63,855 bases of DNA from Salpingoeca rosetta (lineage: Eukaryota; Protista; Choanoflagellata), in the NCBI GenBank assembly GCA_033442325.1, contig JAWQFM010000001.1:2838882-2902736 (forward strand), given 5' to 3'. The stretch's first letter is position 1, and every line of letters starts with the position of its first letter. The notes beneath the pieces are model-generated. The model saw only the letters and a list, made by a program, of their open reading frames with translations, ran no database searches and was not told the origin of the DNA. Both the position numbers and the translations under genes were made by a program. Below are positions 48,008 through 61,203 of the stretch, in pieces.

Positions 48008-48545
48008 GTTCGTGGTTGACATACGTGCATACGTGCCCTGCTTGAGTTGAACTGTGTTGTTGTTGCTGCCACTCGCCCTTGAATGAAGTCTGATGGCGTT
48101 GATGATGCCGATGCTGTGTTGTGCTTGGATGTGAGTTGTCCTGTTTGTGCTGAGCGACACGACTGTTTGGTGCGTTGTGTATTGTGTCGGCATCCTTCCT
48201 CATTAAACCACAGCAGCGGCAATGACAATCGCGAGTGACCCGTGCACCATCACCGCTTCAACTCCCATTGTCACCACATTGTCACATGACACCTATCACG
48301 AAGATCAGATCACTGCCCAAGATGCACAACACATGTGCACACGACACCATGAGGCACAAAGGGTGCGGGCTGTGAATACATTAGTCAGCGAGGGCAGTGC
48401 ACCGCGTATCAAGACGAGGCCAAAGACTTTGGGGGAGATGGAGACGTGTGTGTTGGGGGGGGGGGCTTGAGCAAAGGACGTGAGCAAGTGGTGTTGGAGC
48501 AAAATGCTTGGAGCCGTTTGGATGCTGCTGGGGCCTGGAGTTACA

Positions 48546-48669
48546 CTACTCGTCCTTGCCATCTTGGCAGGCGCGCCATTCATCGTACGACTTGAGAGGC
48601 AGGTTCTCCTCCTTCCAGCCGTCAAAGCCACCGTTGAGCGACGTCACATCCGTGTACCCCAGCTCCTGT

Positions 48670-48752
<83 letters not shown>

Positions 48753-49991
48753 GTGTGTGTGAGAGTGAGAGAGAGAATGTGTGTGTGTGTAAGTGAGTGA
48801 GTGAGTGAGTGTGAGTGAGTGTGAGTGTGTGTGTGAGTATGTGTGTGTGTGTGTGTGTGTGTGTTGAGTGAGTTGATGAGACGGGTCACGGTACTTTGTG
48901 GTGGTAAGCTCGCAATGAGACACCAGAGGTGTCACGAGATGGTCGTGCGGGCGTAACTCACGTTGAGAGATCGAGTAGCGAGGACGCTTCGCATGGCACC
49001 GGCACAGTACACCATGAGGGGAGTGCTCGTGTCGGGGACACATTTGGGCAGCTCACGCTCAAGTACACCGCGCTCCACCAGATACAACTTGTCAACGCCA
49101 AGCACACCCTATGTGTGCGTGCGTGTGTGTGTGTCAGCTGGTGAGCGTGGCAGGAGAAGACAGCGAGGCACAGTCAAGGAAAGGGACAAGGAAGGACAAC
49201 AACTCAAGTACCAAGAGAGTCTCTGGCGTTGCATGTCGCACCTTTGACATCCATTCCCTGTCCTCGCGGACATCAACAAACGTGAACTTGTCCCGGTTCT
49301 CCCACGCCTGAACAGGTGAGGTGTAAGCAGCGACCAGCAGCGTCCCGGGGAATGGCGTGAGCGAGTACAAAAGGCACATCAACCACACGGCAGGTGTTGG
49401 TTGGACAACGCATGGAGAAGCGTTGCGCAAACATTCATGATGTGCATACACATGCACACACACACACACATGCACACATGTACGCACATGTACGCACACG
49501 CACATGCATACATACATATGCACACACATGCACACACACATACATACACGCACATACATACACACACATGCATACACATAGCCTACAAACCTCCTTTGGG
49601 TCCATCTCCTTGATGCTTGGGCGCGTCTTGTCCACCAACTGCTTGAAGAGGGAGGCATAGCGCAGCTCTGTTCCCACACAAAACACACGCACACAGGGTA
49701 CAAGATGTAAGAGATGGGTGGTATGTCGAGGGAGGCATGAGAGCAGAGGGGAGTAAATCGGGGGACAGCACGAGCAGAGGGATTCGAACACGCACGTTGA
49801 ACGGCCGGTGTGCGAGCACAGCGTGCAATCGACGCCAGCTTTGCCTATGATCACCGGCGGAAGGGAACACATCGACAAGCACATAGGGCGCGTGAGCGTG
49901 CAGGTGTATATAGAGGGATGGACAAACGGAAACAGCAGGGGTCAGGGGAGAGATCAAGCACGCACACACACACACACACGCACACACACAC

Positions 49992-50022
<31 letters not shown>

Positions 50023-50053
50023 GGCTGCTTGTGCTTGGCAGCTCTTCATCATC
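48546..50053 (-). CDS. Single-domain rhodanese (sulfurtransferase), probably mitochondrial; first exon uncertain
   Basis: Exons AKLASIARCARTPAVQ / QLRYASLFKQLVDKTRPSIKEMDPKE / FVDVREDREW / ERGVLERELPKCVPDTSTPLMVYCAGAMRS / ELGYTDVTSLNGGFDGWK. Catalytic loop CAGAMR at ~48989-49006. Confidence 0.85.
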
Positions 50054-50184
50054 CAGCATCACCATCACCATCACCACGGCCAACGCACCACAGAAGACAC
50101 ACGACACAACAACACTACACAACATCAGCCAGAGCATCAGCAACAACGGGTGGTGGGTTTGTGTTGGGGTTGGCTCTGAACGAC

Positions 50185-50339
50185 TCAGAACGACTCAGCC
50201 TCGTCGTTGTAGCCGGCATCGCGCAGGGTGCGCAGGATGTGCCTACGTGGCCAGGTGGAAGACGCATGAGAAGACATTGAGCACAAAGGTCACTGCAGCA
50301 AACAAAACAAGGGTGTTGGGCACGAACAACACGCACGCG

Positions 50340-50421
<82 letters not shown>

Positions 50422-51938
50422 TACACACACACACACACATGAACTGACCGCTTGGCGCGCTTCTTGTGGGCGTGGCGAAGGTCGGCGACTTGCTGGCGCT
50501 CAATGTCGCTCAAATCCTCGTACTTGTCAGCAAAGTCCGCCACGGCCTTCCAGCGGCGCTTCTGTCGCCACCACACAAGTAGCATGGTGAGATCGTGCAC
50601 GACATTGGTGAAGGAGGGGGTAAAGGAATATGGTGAGTATGACAGCACGCCCGCTGCGTTCGCACAGTTCACGGCAGCTGCCAGGTACATGTGCACCGCA
50701 CCGCACCTTGGCAATGGTAAACCAGTCGCGCATGGACGCGCGGTAAGCAAATTTTTCCTCCAGCTTACGCTGCTCAGCCAGGCCTTCCCGGTGGGCATTG
50801 TCCCAAGCTGGGCATGACACACACAAGCAGTTGTGGACGGTCAGTTTGGACGTGGTGCAGTGTGGACAGTTGGTGCACGATTGCATGCATACATAAATGC
50901 ATGCGTGCATGTGTGGTGCCTCCTTGAGCATACACATGGCACCAGCAACACACAAAAAAGGGTACCAGCAACCATGCAACGCACAAACAAGCGCACACAA
51001 CAGCGCACACGAGGTATTTTCGTACCCTCTTGGAGCGGGGCGACCTCCTCTGCGCTGCGGACGCGCTCCTGGCGAAGTTTCTGCCAAGCGCCACGCAAGT
51101 ACAGAGGAATATGCGTCGTGTGTGTGTGTGTGTGTGTGCGTGTGTGTGTGTGTATGGATGGATGGGTGGATGGTTGGGTGGGGGTGCACGGGAGATTGTG
51201 GGTGAGGGAGGCACGGGGACACAGAGACAGACACGCATACACACACATACACATACACACGCGCGCACGCGCCATACAAGAGCTGCTGCGTTGCAAATGT
51301 TATGGTCAGCATGCAAAAGCACAGGAAAGTTGGAAAAGCGCAGCCCTCAAGCACCAGCATCAGTCTCACCTCCTTCTCCTCTTCAGAGAGAGTGTGGCGA
51401 ATTTCGTTCAGGGAGTCGATTGTTGCGCTCATGCCTGCAGGCAACACAGTCAATCATCCACACGCAGCACGCAGTTGCCGTGTGTGTTTGTTTGTTTGTA
51501 GATGTGTGTGCGTATGTGAGTGGTCGCGTGAGAGGTAAGAACGAAGTGGAAGCTTTCAGTGCACAAGCGCAAATGCACATCGATCAGCGGACAAGAGAAG
51601 GTCGTGTACAAGTTTGGTGCATACCACGCTGCTCTGCAATGCGCTTCAGCTGTGTGTTGAGGTGCCTGAGCCATGATGATAAATAGGCATGATCAGGCAA
51701 GTAAACGCAGTGCACGACAGGTAGGGTGAGTTCTGCATGTAATGCAGCGATGTGCAAACAGAGACACACACGCGGGAAGGGGAGGGGGTACACGCGAAAA
51801 ACAAATGCACAGAGGCAAACGCGCACGCGCGCGCACACNNNNNNNNNNNNNNNNNNNNNNNNNNNNNNNNNNNNNNNNNNNNNNNNNNNNNNNNNNNNNN
51901 NNNNNNNNNNNNNNNNNNNNNNNNNNNNNNNNNNNNNN

Positions 51939-51978
<40 letters not shown>

Positions 51979-52979
51979 CACAGCGTGAGACGCGTGCGTG
52001 CGTGTTGCGCTGGTTCAAGTGTCAGGGCAGCGTGATCAACACGCATGCGGCGCACGACCCTACCGCGCGTGCTTCCGCGGGGAGCTCCTTGAAGCGGCGG
52101 GCAACCTCGGTCACCACGTGGTGTGCAGGCATGTCTGATATAACGCACGGTCACACGAGATGGCAGCACAGTGGTGAGCAATACAGGCGAAATCAACTTC
52201 ACGCCAACACGGCGATGCCCACAAAACGCCGTGAGCGCAGCCCACCCGCACACGACAAACAATGGAAACAAGCATTCAGCAAACAAAACGGGGCGCTCGG
52301 GACATTGGGTGGCATAGGAAGGGACAGGAGGGCATCACACGCCAGCTCGTGTTCGCAAAGACCAACCAGGGTTCTGCTTGACAACATCGTCGCGAACATC
52401 GTCGGAGAAGAGGAAGAAGCTGCTCTTCACACGGCGCGGGTACTTGTGCGCAAGCCTGCACCAACCCACGATTTTGTGTGTATGTGTGTGTGTGTGTGTG
52501 TGTGTGTATGTGATGACGCGCAGTGTGGCATGCGTGTACAGCAGAGATCGGTGTTTGGCAAAGATATTGCATGCATGCATTACGGTGTATCCCGCGAATC
52601 CCTCATGCACATCTTGTGACACGCATCCCCCAACACGCATTTCGCAGGTGAACAACATACACTGTAGCGCTGCTGAAGAAGGTGCGGGTTTGCACAACAG
52701 CGAGCGTCTGGACGCGGGTGCGAGCCGCGAGGCCAAGGAAGCGAGCAAAAGTCTGATCCAAAACGTGGGGAGAGGCAACAAGCGCCCAACAATAAGATAA
52801 GCAACAAAACGACGACAACCTTTGGAACTGAGACAATTACTCGGTGACACGTGCAAGGTCGCTTGGGGGAAAGCATGGCCGACGCATGGGTGGTGGGGGA
52901 AAAGGGGGATTTTGCACATGATTTGCATGCGTGAGCACGAAACACATGAGAGCATCGACACGCAGTCGCAACTCACCAT
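50185..52979 (-). CDS. HMG-box protein with a mitochondrial-presequence-like N-terminus (TFAM/Abf2-like candidate)
   Basis: Arg-rich, acid-poor leader FARFLGLAARTRVQTLAVVQTRTFFSS. HMG box KYPRRVKSSFFLFSDDVRDDVVKQNP|DMPAHHVVTEVARRFKELPAEAR, plus degenerate LSEEEKE and LSDIERQ helices. Ends ...YNDEAESF* at 50185. The 5' end and exons near the gap are uncertain. Confidence 0.65.
51839..51938. other. Assembly gap (100 N)
   Basis: N run within the HMG-box gene. Confidence 0.99.
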
Positions 52980-54281
52980 ATCGGCCAGGCCGTGGAAAAG
53001 AGACGGCAAGTGAAGCGAGTTTGAGGTCTGCAGGGCAGTGAACGCGGTAGCGGTGATAAATGTGGTGCGTGAGGTGGTGAGGTGGTGAGGTGGTGAGGTG
53101 GTGAGGTCGGGCACTGCAGCAGAGCAACAATCAAGAACAAACGCGCCTGTGTACCGAACAACCCGCCATTGTTCATGACCACGCGAACTGGGAAGCACAC
53201 AACAAAGATCGTGTGGAAGAAAACAAGTGGAAGCACAGCTGCAGCGTACAAAGGAAACGGCTACTTCACCAACACACACCAACACACACCAACACACACA
53301 CACACACAGCTCAAGGCCAGGAGCAAGGCCAGACACAGCCGAGGCGACAACATCAACATCAACAAACACACCACCACAACAGCCACTGCTCTGAACGCAC
53401 ACCTTCTTCGCCTTGTTTGCTTGCAAACAGGAAAACGGTGTAATGCCGAAAGTTGTCAGGTAATTTCAACAACCATCTGCAACCCTGTGTGCGTGTGTGC
53501 GTGTGTTTGCTGCGTTGTCATCCTTCTGTTTGTCGTTGATGGTCGTGAAAGCACCACACGATTGGCTTAGTTGTCAAGCATCAGAATCACACCACGGCAC
53601 GCATGTCGTGCCACGTAACAACATGGACACGTACGCAGGTGTGCGTGAGCGGCACTATGCACACAAATTACACGCACACACATCGCACACAAAACAACAC
53701 ACATACACACACGCACAAAGACAGGCAACAGTCTATCACACAAGGAATAATAACTCAAGAGCACCAGGAACAAGCGCAGCGTCGATGTTGCACAAGCCAA
53801 CACACGCATATGCACATACACATATACATGCACACATACAGAGCACAAGCATGATGGCCAAGGAAACGCAACATGTGCGAGGCAAGAGAAAACAGGCGGC
53901 TGCAGCCATGTAACAAGGCAGAGCTGTGTGCAAGCGAAGAAAGTGCACAAACATCACCAATCGAGACACTTTTGAAAGAACACAAAGCAGGGGTGCTTCA
54001 AAACAAAACAAACCACTCAACCAATGGCAACGAAAGAACAACCAACCCCACACAAAGGGCATTCACGAGAACGAGAAGAGGCATTGGGGGTGGGGGGGGG
54101 TGCCTCCTGCACACAAAAGGCACACGCGAGCGAGCTTATGTACGATCCAAGAAGAGAGGGAGACAGCTCCAACCGGCAACGTGCGGACGCGGCACAGTGA
54201 TGCGCATGCACCGTGTGCGTGTGTGGCTATGGAGCGTGTGGAGTGTGGAGTGTGGAGCGTAATCAGCGGTCAGTGCGGTGG

Positions 54282-54422
54282 TCACGGGCCGTATTTCTGG
54301 ATGTATCTGATTCTTCGTTCCGTCTCGGCCTTTTGCCGCTCCAGCGCCGCCTTGCGCTCCTCCTCCTGTTTCTTCTTCTTCATCTCCGCCCGCTGTGTGC
54401 AGCCGTGACACGCCACGGAGTG

Positions 54423-54504
<82 letters not shown>

Positions 54505-55101
54505 TGTGTGTAGGATTGGTGGACGGTCTTGCGACGGTGGTTGCTCTGTGGGGGGAGCAAATCAAGCAAGCAGAGCAGAGCGAAAACAACATCACGGTAG
54601 CCACAACCAACAAACAACACATGCGCACCTTGGCCAGTGCAGCGGCAGCACGCTCTGCCCGCTCTCTCTCCTTGCGTTCGCGTTCCTCTCGTTCCCGCGC
54701 CACGCGCTGCGCCTGCGCCTCGGCCCGCTTGCGCGCTCGCTCCTCCTCCTCCTGCGAAAATGTGTACATTGTCGTGTATGCGCGTTTCATGTGAGCGTGT
54801 TGGTGTGCGAGCGAGTTCAGAGTCAGATGTGTGTGTGTGTGTATGTTGGTGTGCGAGCGAGTTCAGAGTCAGGTGTCGGTGTGTACAGGCGCATTCGTGA
54901 TAATGATCATGGCAACACGACAGCGTGCACAAGGCAAGACGAGACGACACTAAGGCACAGCACGACATCGAAGCGCAACACGGTATCGGACCTCGATCAT
55001 GCGCAGCCTTTCCAGCTGGTCCATGAGTGCGCGCTCCTGCTCCCGCTTCATCTCCTCAAGCACCTCCTGCTCTTTTCGCAACTCCTCCTGCACACGTTTG
55101 T

Positions 55102-55187
<86 letters not shown>

Positions 55188-57104
55188 AATAAATGTGATA
55201 GCTCAGGTGGCACACATAGCGCGCACGTACACGCACACAGCGACATGACCATGTAAACTGCACTGCTGCGCACCTGAAGTTGTTCCCTGCGCTGCTTCTG
55301 TAGTTGCTTGCGCTTTTCCTCGCGTCGCGCCTTTTCTTCCTACAATACATGAACACCGCATGTACATGTCAGCTCAAGCAAGCGCACTTCTTTCGACCAC
55401 ATACATTGTTCACCACCCCAACACATGTGCGTGCAAGCAAACAAGCACTCACACAATACACACATACACACTCTCTCTCCCTCACTCACACAATACACAC
55501 ACACTCTCTCTCCCCTCCCCCACCCTGTCTGTGTACACATACCGCTGCGCGTTTGCGCTTCTCGTGGACCTCGCGGCGTGCGGCCTCCTCCCGCTCCTGC
55601 CGAATCCGCCGCTGCTCCGCCCGCTCTCGCTCAGCCTGTGTTTGGGGGGGGGGAACAAGCGTGAGGAAGCAGCAGAGGAAGGTGTGTGTATGTATGTGCG
55701 TGTACGTGTATGTATGTGTGCGTATTTGTGTGTCTGCGTGTTTGTGTGTCTGCGTGTTTGTGTGTCTGCGTCTATGTGCTGCGTGTCCTTCATCCACAGT
55801 GTGATTGCTCGCGAAAGTTCGCACATGGTTGCATGTGCTGAACAAAGCTGTTGAGCAGTTTGCCTGCACGCACCATTTCCTTGAAGCGACGGCGCTTCTC
55901 CTCTTGTTGGCGCTCGTGTTCCTCTCGCGCCTTTCGCCGCGCCTCTTTCTCAGCCTGATGCGTCAAACAACAACACACACGGCAAGCACGCGCACACCCA
56001 CGCACACGCATACGACATTGCTTTCGTGAGCTGCGTTAAGGCACTGGGTGGGTGATACAAGACGCGCAGAATGCATTCAGCTGCCTACAAGCGTGCATGC
56101 AAGGTACGCAAGGAACCCACCAGTTCGCGCGCCTTTCGTTCCTGCTCGGCCTCAACTTCAAGCCTGCGCGCTTGCACCCGCTGTTGGCACGAGGTACAAG
56201 TCAAAGCAACACACGGCGACAAGGTTGGCAAGACGCATAAACCAAAATATGTGAGCACATACGCGCTGTTGGCACCCCAAAAACCTCATTGTGGCGCAAC
56301 ACCATGACATGGTTGACAAGGTTGCTCACCACATACCATCATCGCAACCACAAACTACCACAAACCACCACAAACCTCCACCACAGGTCCACCATCACAG
56401 CTACAACCCCCACCACTCCCAGCACAGTGCGAGGGGCACCATCACCTGCTGGCGTTCAAACTCTGCCTGGCGCCGGCGCAGCTCCTCCATCTCCCGCTCC
56501 CGCGCCGCCGCAGCCGCTTTCTGCTTCTCAAGCTGTGTGTGTGTGTGTGTGTGTGTGCGTGAGCGCAGGGGTTGGGCGTCATTGTTGAAGAGAGAGTGTG
56601 TGTATATGTGTGTTTGCACCTGTTTGCACCTGTTTGCACCTGTTCGCACGGGTGCACACAATCAAACTCGAGTACGGGCTCACCTCTTCCTGCCGACGGG
56701 CAGCGCGTTGTTTATTCAGCTCTTCCTGCTCTTCCTGTTGCTCTGCAAACGCACACGACGCACACGCATCAATACACCCACAAGCATAATATGTGAGCGC
56801 AACAACGGCGCAGGGATGCAGCACCAGCACCAGCAACAACTCACACCGCACACCTCCCCCCCCCCCCACACACACCACACCTTGGATGGCGTGTTCGAGG
56901 ACCATGCGATCCTTCTTTGCCTCCTCCATGGCGTGCTGCTGCTTGCGCCTCTTCTCCTCCTCAATCTGCCTGCGCAAATCATCCTGTCGCCTCTTTCGCT
57001 CCTCAATGTCCAGCCGCACCCGCTGCAGCTGCTGCTCCGCCGCCCGGTGCGCGTGCTCAACCGCCTCCTGCCGCGCAGCGCTGTCCTCCCTGTTGTGTGT
57101 TTTT

Positions 57105-57146
<42 letters not shown>

Positions 57147-58860
57147 GTGCGTGTGTGCGTGTGTGCGTGTATGTGTGTGTGTGTGTTTGTATGTGTGTTT
57201 GTTTGTGTGTGGTGAGATGTCGAGAACAATGACACGACATTTCAAGTGGCGGGCAACAGCAGGCATAACCGTGTGCCGATAACACACGCGCTGCTTTCAA
57301 CGTACTTGACGCGCTTGTCCTTGACTGCGTCCTGCAGTGTTTTTCTCGCCATGAGCTCGCGGTGCCGCAGCTCATCCTCTTGTTTCCTGATGGCGCACAA
57401 AGGGGACAACGAGTGAGCCTTGACATGTGTGTCTGTATTTGCGTGTCTGTCTGTGTGCACCTGTGTCTGTGTCTGTTGTCTGCGTGTGTCTGTATGTAAA
57501 TGCCTGTGTGACTCGACAGGTCGTTCACAAGCGGCAAAGATGTGTCGTCACCGGACCTAATATCCACTTTCTCCTTCTGCTCCTCAAGGAAGATGCGCTC
57601 ACGCTCCGTCAGCGCGTAGTCCACCACGCTCTTCCTGTTACGTGACAGCTGAATGTATGTATGCATGTGTGTTTGTGTGCCCATGGGTGAATTTGCATCG
57701 CAGCAAGCGCACGCGATGATACAAACAACACAATCCTTGTTGGCTTGTACGCACACAGGCAAACATGACCGCCACCACCGCCACCAGAAACAGCAGCAGC
57801 CGTGTGGGATACGCACGCGCTTGATGTAGTTATCGCGGGCCTGCTTTTCCTTCTTGCGCCGCGTCTTGACACGACGCAGGGCCGCCTCCCGCTCCCGTTG
57901 CAGCGACTCCTGGTGGTGGTGGTGGTGGTGGTGGTGGTGGTGGTGGTGGTGGTGGTGGTGGTGGTGTGTGTGTATGTGTCACTTGAGTGAGAGGGTGGCA
58001 CGCGGCAGCGTTCAAGGAGCATGGAGGCTGGAGCGCGTAACACAATCATGCACGCAATTCACACAACGCACATGCTGTTTCTTCATGCGGGCCACACGCT
58101 GCTCGTAAGCGTCATTCTTCTGTCCACGTGTCAGCTCTGTGTGAAACGTCTTCAACGCACGCTGTATGTGTGTGTATGTGTGTGTGTGTGCGGGGTCGTC
58201 GAAGCAGCCATGAGGAATATGCGTGAGTCACAATGTGAGGACGCAGAACATGCCAGCCAGCAGCACAACGCCAAAAACAATGCTGGCAAGGTGAGTGTAT
58301 GAGCGCGTTCGAGGCAGGAGGTGGGCGTGTCCCTCACAAGACTGCAAAAAGCGTTTGGCCGGACGGACCTCGTTGGCTGTGGCAAGGAGCTGGCCGTCGT
58401 CGGTGATGGTACCGGTGCGCTTGAGCGTCTTCTTGACGCCGGGGCGGCGCAAGTGGCGCTGCACGTGTGGATCAAGCAACGGGTTGTATGCCAGTGGATT
58501 GGTATCCGGATCAACCCTGCAACGAGCACACGCAGTCGTGGTGGTGGTTGATGGTTGATGGTTGATGGTGGTGAGCTGCCAGTCAGCTCGAGGGGGCAGA
58601 GCGAGGGGGGCAGGCACAAGAGGAAGGAGGCGACGGAATGCAAAGGAGACGGTCCGATGCATGTGTGTGTGTGTGTCGCATGCAGAGAGAAGGAGGCTTG
58701 GCAGTGAATACCTGGCGTCAAAATCTGTGTGATGTTCAGGGGCGCGCCTGGGCGAGGCGCCTTCGCTTGCGCTGGAAGCAATGGATGTGGAGCTTGCGTC
58801 CAAGGACTGCAGTGATGACGAGTTGAGGATGGATGGAAACGAGATGGATGTGCGTGACAT
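54282..58860 (-). CDS. Long E/R/K coiled-coil protein with an ERICH3/FSIP2-like N-terminal motif (candidate flagellar protein)
   Basis: Start MSRTSISFPSI. The motif AYNPLLDPHVQRHLRRPGVKKTLKRTGTITDDGQL is followed by many charged helical exons, ending ...RRIRYIQKYGP* at 54282. Confidence 0.7.
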
Positions 58861-60119
58861 GCGCCGCGCAGTCTGTGGAGAGCCTAAAAACCCCGCATAA
58901 CCACACAAACGACAACGTGAGACGTGGCATGGTGAGACGTGGCATGGTGAGTGCGAGTTGCGGTGCTGCTGTGGTGCTGAAATGCAGGGTGTGTGTGTGT
59001 GTGTGTGCGCGTGTGCGTGTGTGTGTTCCCCTTTCCCTGCTTCCCTCATGACAGCTTGACGTGTCAGTGCACGCATCACGCAGCACGCATCACGCAGCAC
59101 GCATCACGCAGCACGCGTGCCAGTGACAACGGAGCAATCCTGTGTGTGACATGGTGGAGCAATGCGCACTTGTTGCATGGTGCAGAAGCAGTCCTTGAGA
59201 TGCACGCCGCTTCTTCACGCTCCCTGCACGCTGCAGGGGTACCATCTCCGTTTTGGAGATCTGTGCTGTGGACATCCCGTGTCGCGTTGCTGGCGTGGAC
59301 CGGCTGGCGCAGGTGGGTAAAGCGGAGCGATGGATGGATGGATGGATGGATGGATGGGTGAACAGCGAGAGTGATTCTGGGGTTGGTTGACGTGCAGTCC
59401 GCCTTGCTTGCCTTGCTTGCTTGCTTGCTTGGTTCATTCATTCACCGTGCAATTTTGTGTGTGTTTTGTTGTTTGGTGGGCGCGTCGATAAGGGTGTGTG
59501 TGTGTTTGTTTCGCACAAGGCCGCAGCCAAAAGCGTTGCCAACCGTGCTATCCACCAGCTATGCACTGCACTTTGTGGTGTCGGCCAAGCGCCTTGTTGT
59601 GGTTCTTTTGTTTGTTGTGGTTCTTTTTGCTTGCAGGCAGGAGAGGAGGACGATAACGGGCCATGGTGCTCCTCAGCAGGGCGGAGTGAAGAAGTGGGCG
59701 AACAGGATGGTACAACGGAACGCTGCGTAACAACCGAGCGCATGAGCGCAATGGCAGAAGACCACAAGAACACAAGAACACAAGAACACAAGAACAGACA
59801 GAGAACAGCGACTCAGCGAGCCACGCGTACAGAAGTACAGAAGTACAGAGCACAGAGTGTCACGGGGGAACACACAAAGGCAGTCAGGCAGTGAAGAAGC
59901 GTGCTTGTGGGGCTTGTGGAATGAGAGAAAAAAGGACACAAAAGGCAGCACGAATGCGATCACAGGAGCAGAACAAGGAGGCAAGGGAGCGGGAGCAAAA
60001 GCAGCAAGGTCTGTGGATCAGACTAACGTCGCGTAGTGCTCCTCCTCTGGCAGGGGGTTTCTTCCTTTACATTGGTTCCAGGTGGGTGCGTCCTTCCTTC
60101 TTGGTGCTGCTGCAGCAGC

Positions 60120-60740
60120 TCAGAGATCGGTGTGGCCTTCGCCACTGCCGGAGGCGCACTCAGCAAGACAGCGCTGCGTGTTAGCCATGAGAGCAGCGGT
60201 ATCGCAGGTGTAAAGGAAGTGGTCGATCTTCTTCGTGTGCGGGTTCAGCTTGATGTGGGCGTCCTCTGCCAACGTGAAATGGCACGGCTTTGTTGGGTTC
60301 TTGGTTGAGTAGTAACCAATCGTGACGGTGTTGCTGAAGGAGCAGGCAATGCGCAGATCGGCCTTGTCCTTGATGAGGAAGCTGTTGTTGGCTGCCGTGA
60401 CGTGGTTGATGTCATAGGCCTCAAAGTGGCCACAGCCTGGGGGTGGGAGAATGCTGATGAAAAACTCAAGCACTTCATCCACGCCATGCAGAACGTTGAA
60501 GGATGGGAATTCCCCAGACGCGTCGGGGCTGAAAGTGTCGCGCACCAAGGTGCGAATGGCGTCGGGGCCACTGCTAATGGCATCCACAAGGGCGTCATAG
60601 CGGTCACGAGTGAATGCCTCGCACAGTTGTTCATCCGTCTGTCCTCCTTCGGCCTTTACACCAATGGCATTGTTGAGGTTGATGGCGGCGGCCACCACCA
60701 CAATCGCGATCGCAAAGGAGAACCACGACCGAACCAGCAT
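60120..60740 (-). CDS. Intronless secreted/ER-luminal protein (206 aa), possible NTF2/SnoaL-like fold
   Basis: Signal peptide MLVRSWFSFAIAIVVVAAA, SnoaL-like TFSPDASGEFP...HGVDEVLEFF, several Cys, and C-terminal HTDL. Confidence 0.7.
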   Translation of the reverse strand: MLVRSWFSFAIAIVVVAAAINLNNAIGVKAEGGQTDEQLCEAFTRDRYDALVDAISSGPDAIRTLVRDTFSPDASGEFPSFNVLHGVDEVLEFFISILPPPGCGHFEAYDINHVTAANNSFLIKDKADLRIACSFSNTVTIGYYSTKNPTKPCHFTLAEDAHIKLNPHTKKIDHFLYTCDTAALMANTQRCLAECASGSGEGHTDL

Positions 60741-61203
60741 GGTGAAGGTGAGGGTGAAGACTTGCTTGATGTGACAAAGAGCAAGAAAATGCAAGCTAAA
60801 TGAATGGTGAAGTGGTTTTGATGTGTTGTTGATGTGTGTTGTGAAAGTGAAAGTGACTTGCTGGCAACAACCAAACAGACAAACACACAAGCCAACAAGC
60901 AAGCAAAACAGCAAGCAACAGAGCAAGCAAACAGCAACACCTCCCTGCCTGCCTCCATTGTGCATCAACAGTGACAATAAAGCAGTGTCAATCAGTCAGT
61001 CATAGATGTCCATGCATGGGGCAATCAGTGTCGTGCCCAAACAGCGACACGACACACAAAACCACACAAGCACCACGGTTCCATAAATGTGCATGGAATC
61101 GTGCGCATGGGTTTGAGTTGTGAGGTTTTATTTTGACACAGTTGTGTGTGCGACAACAACACGCCCCACCAAACACACACACGCACGAGCTGCAGGAGCC
61201 ACG

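Noticed and set aside
53068-53107. (GGTGAGGT)n and other short tandem repeats (24657-24735, 31160-31230, 56612-56650, 59071-59114) as CRISPR or telomeric repeats
   Set aside because: No unique spacers or cas genes; ordinary slippage minisatellites.
54797-54872. 28-bp direct repeat GTTGGTGTGCGAGCGAGTTCAGAGTCAG (similar duplication at ~7684-7752)
   Set aside because: Local intronic duplications with no enclosed element or terminal repeats.
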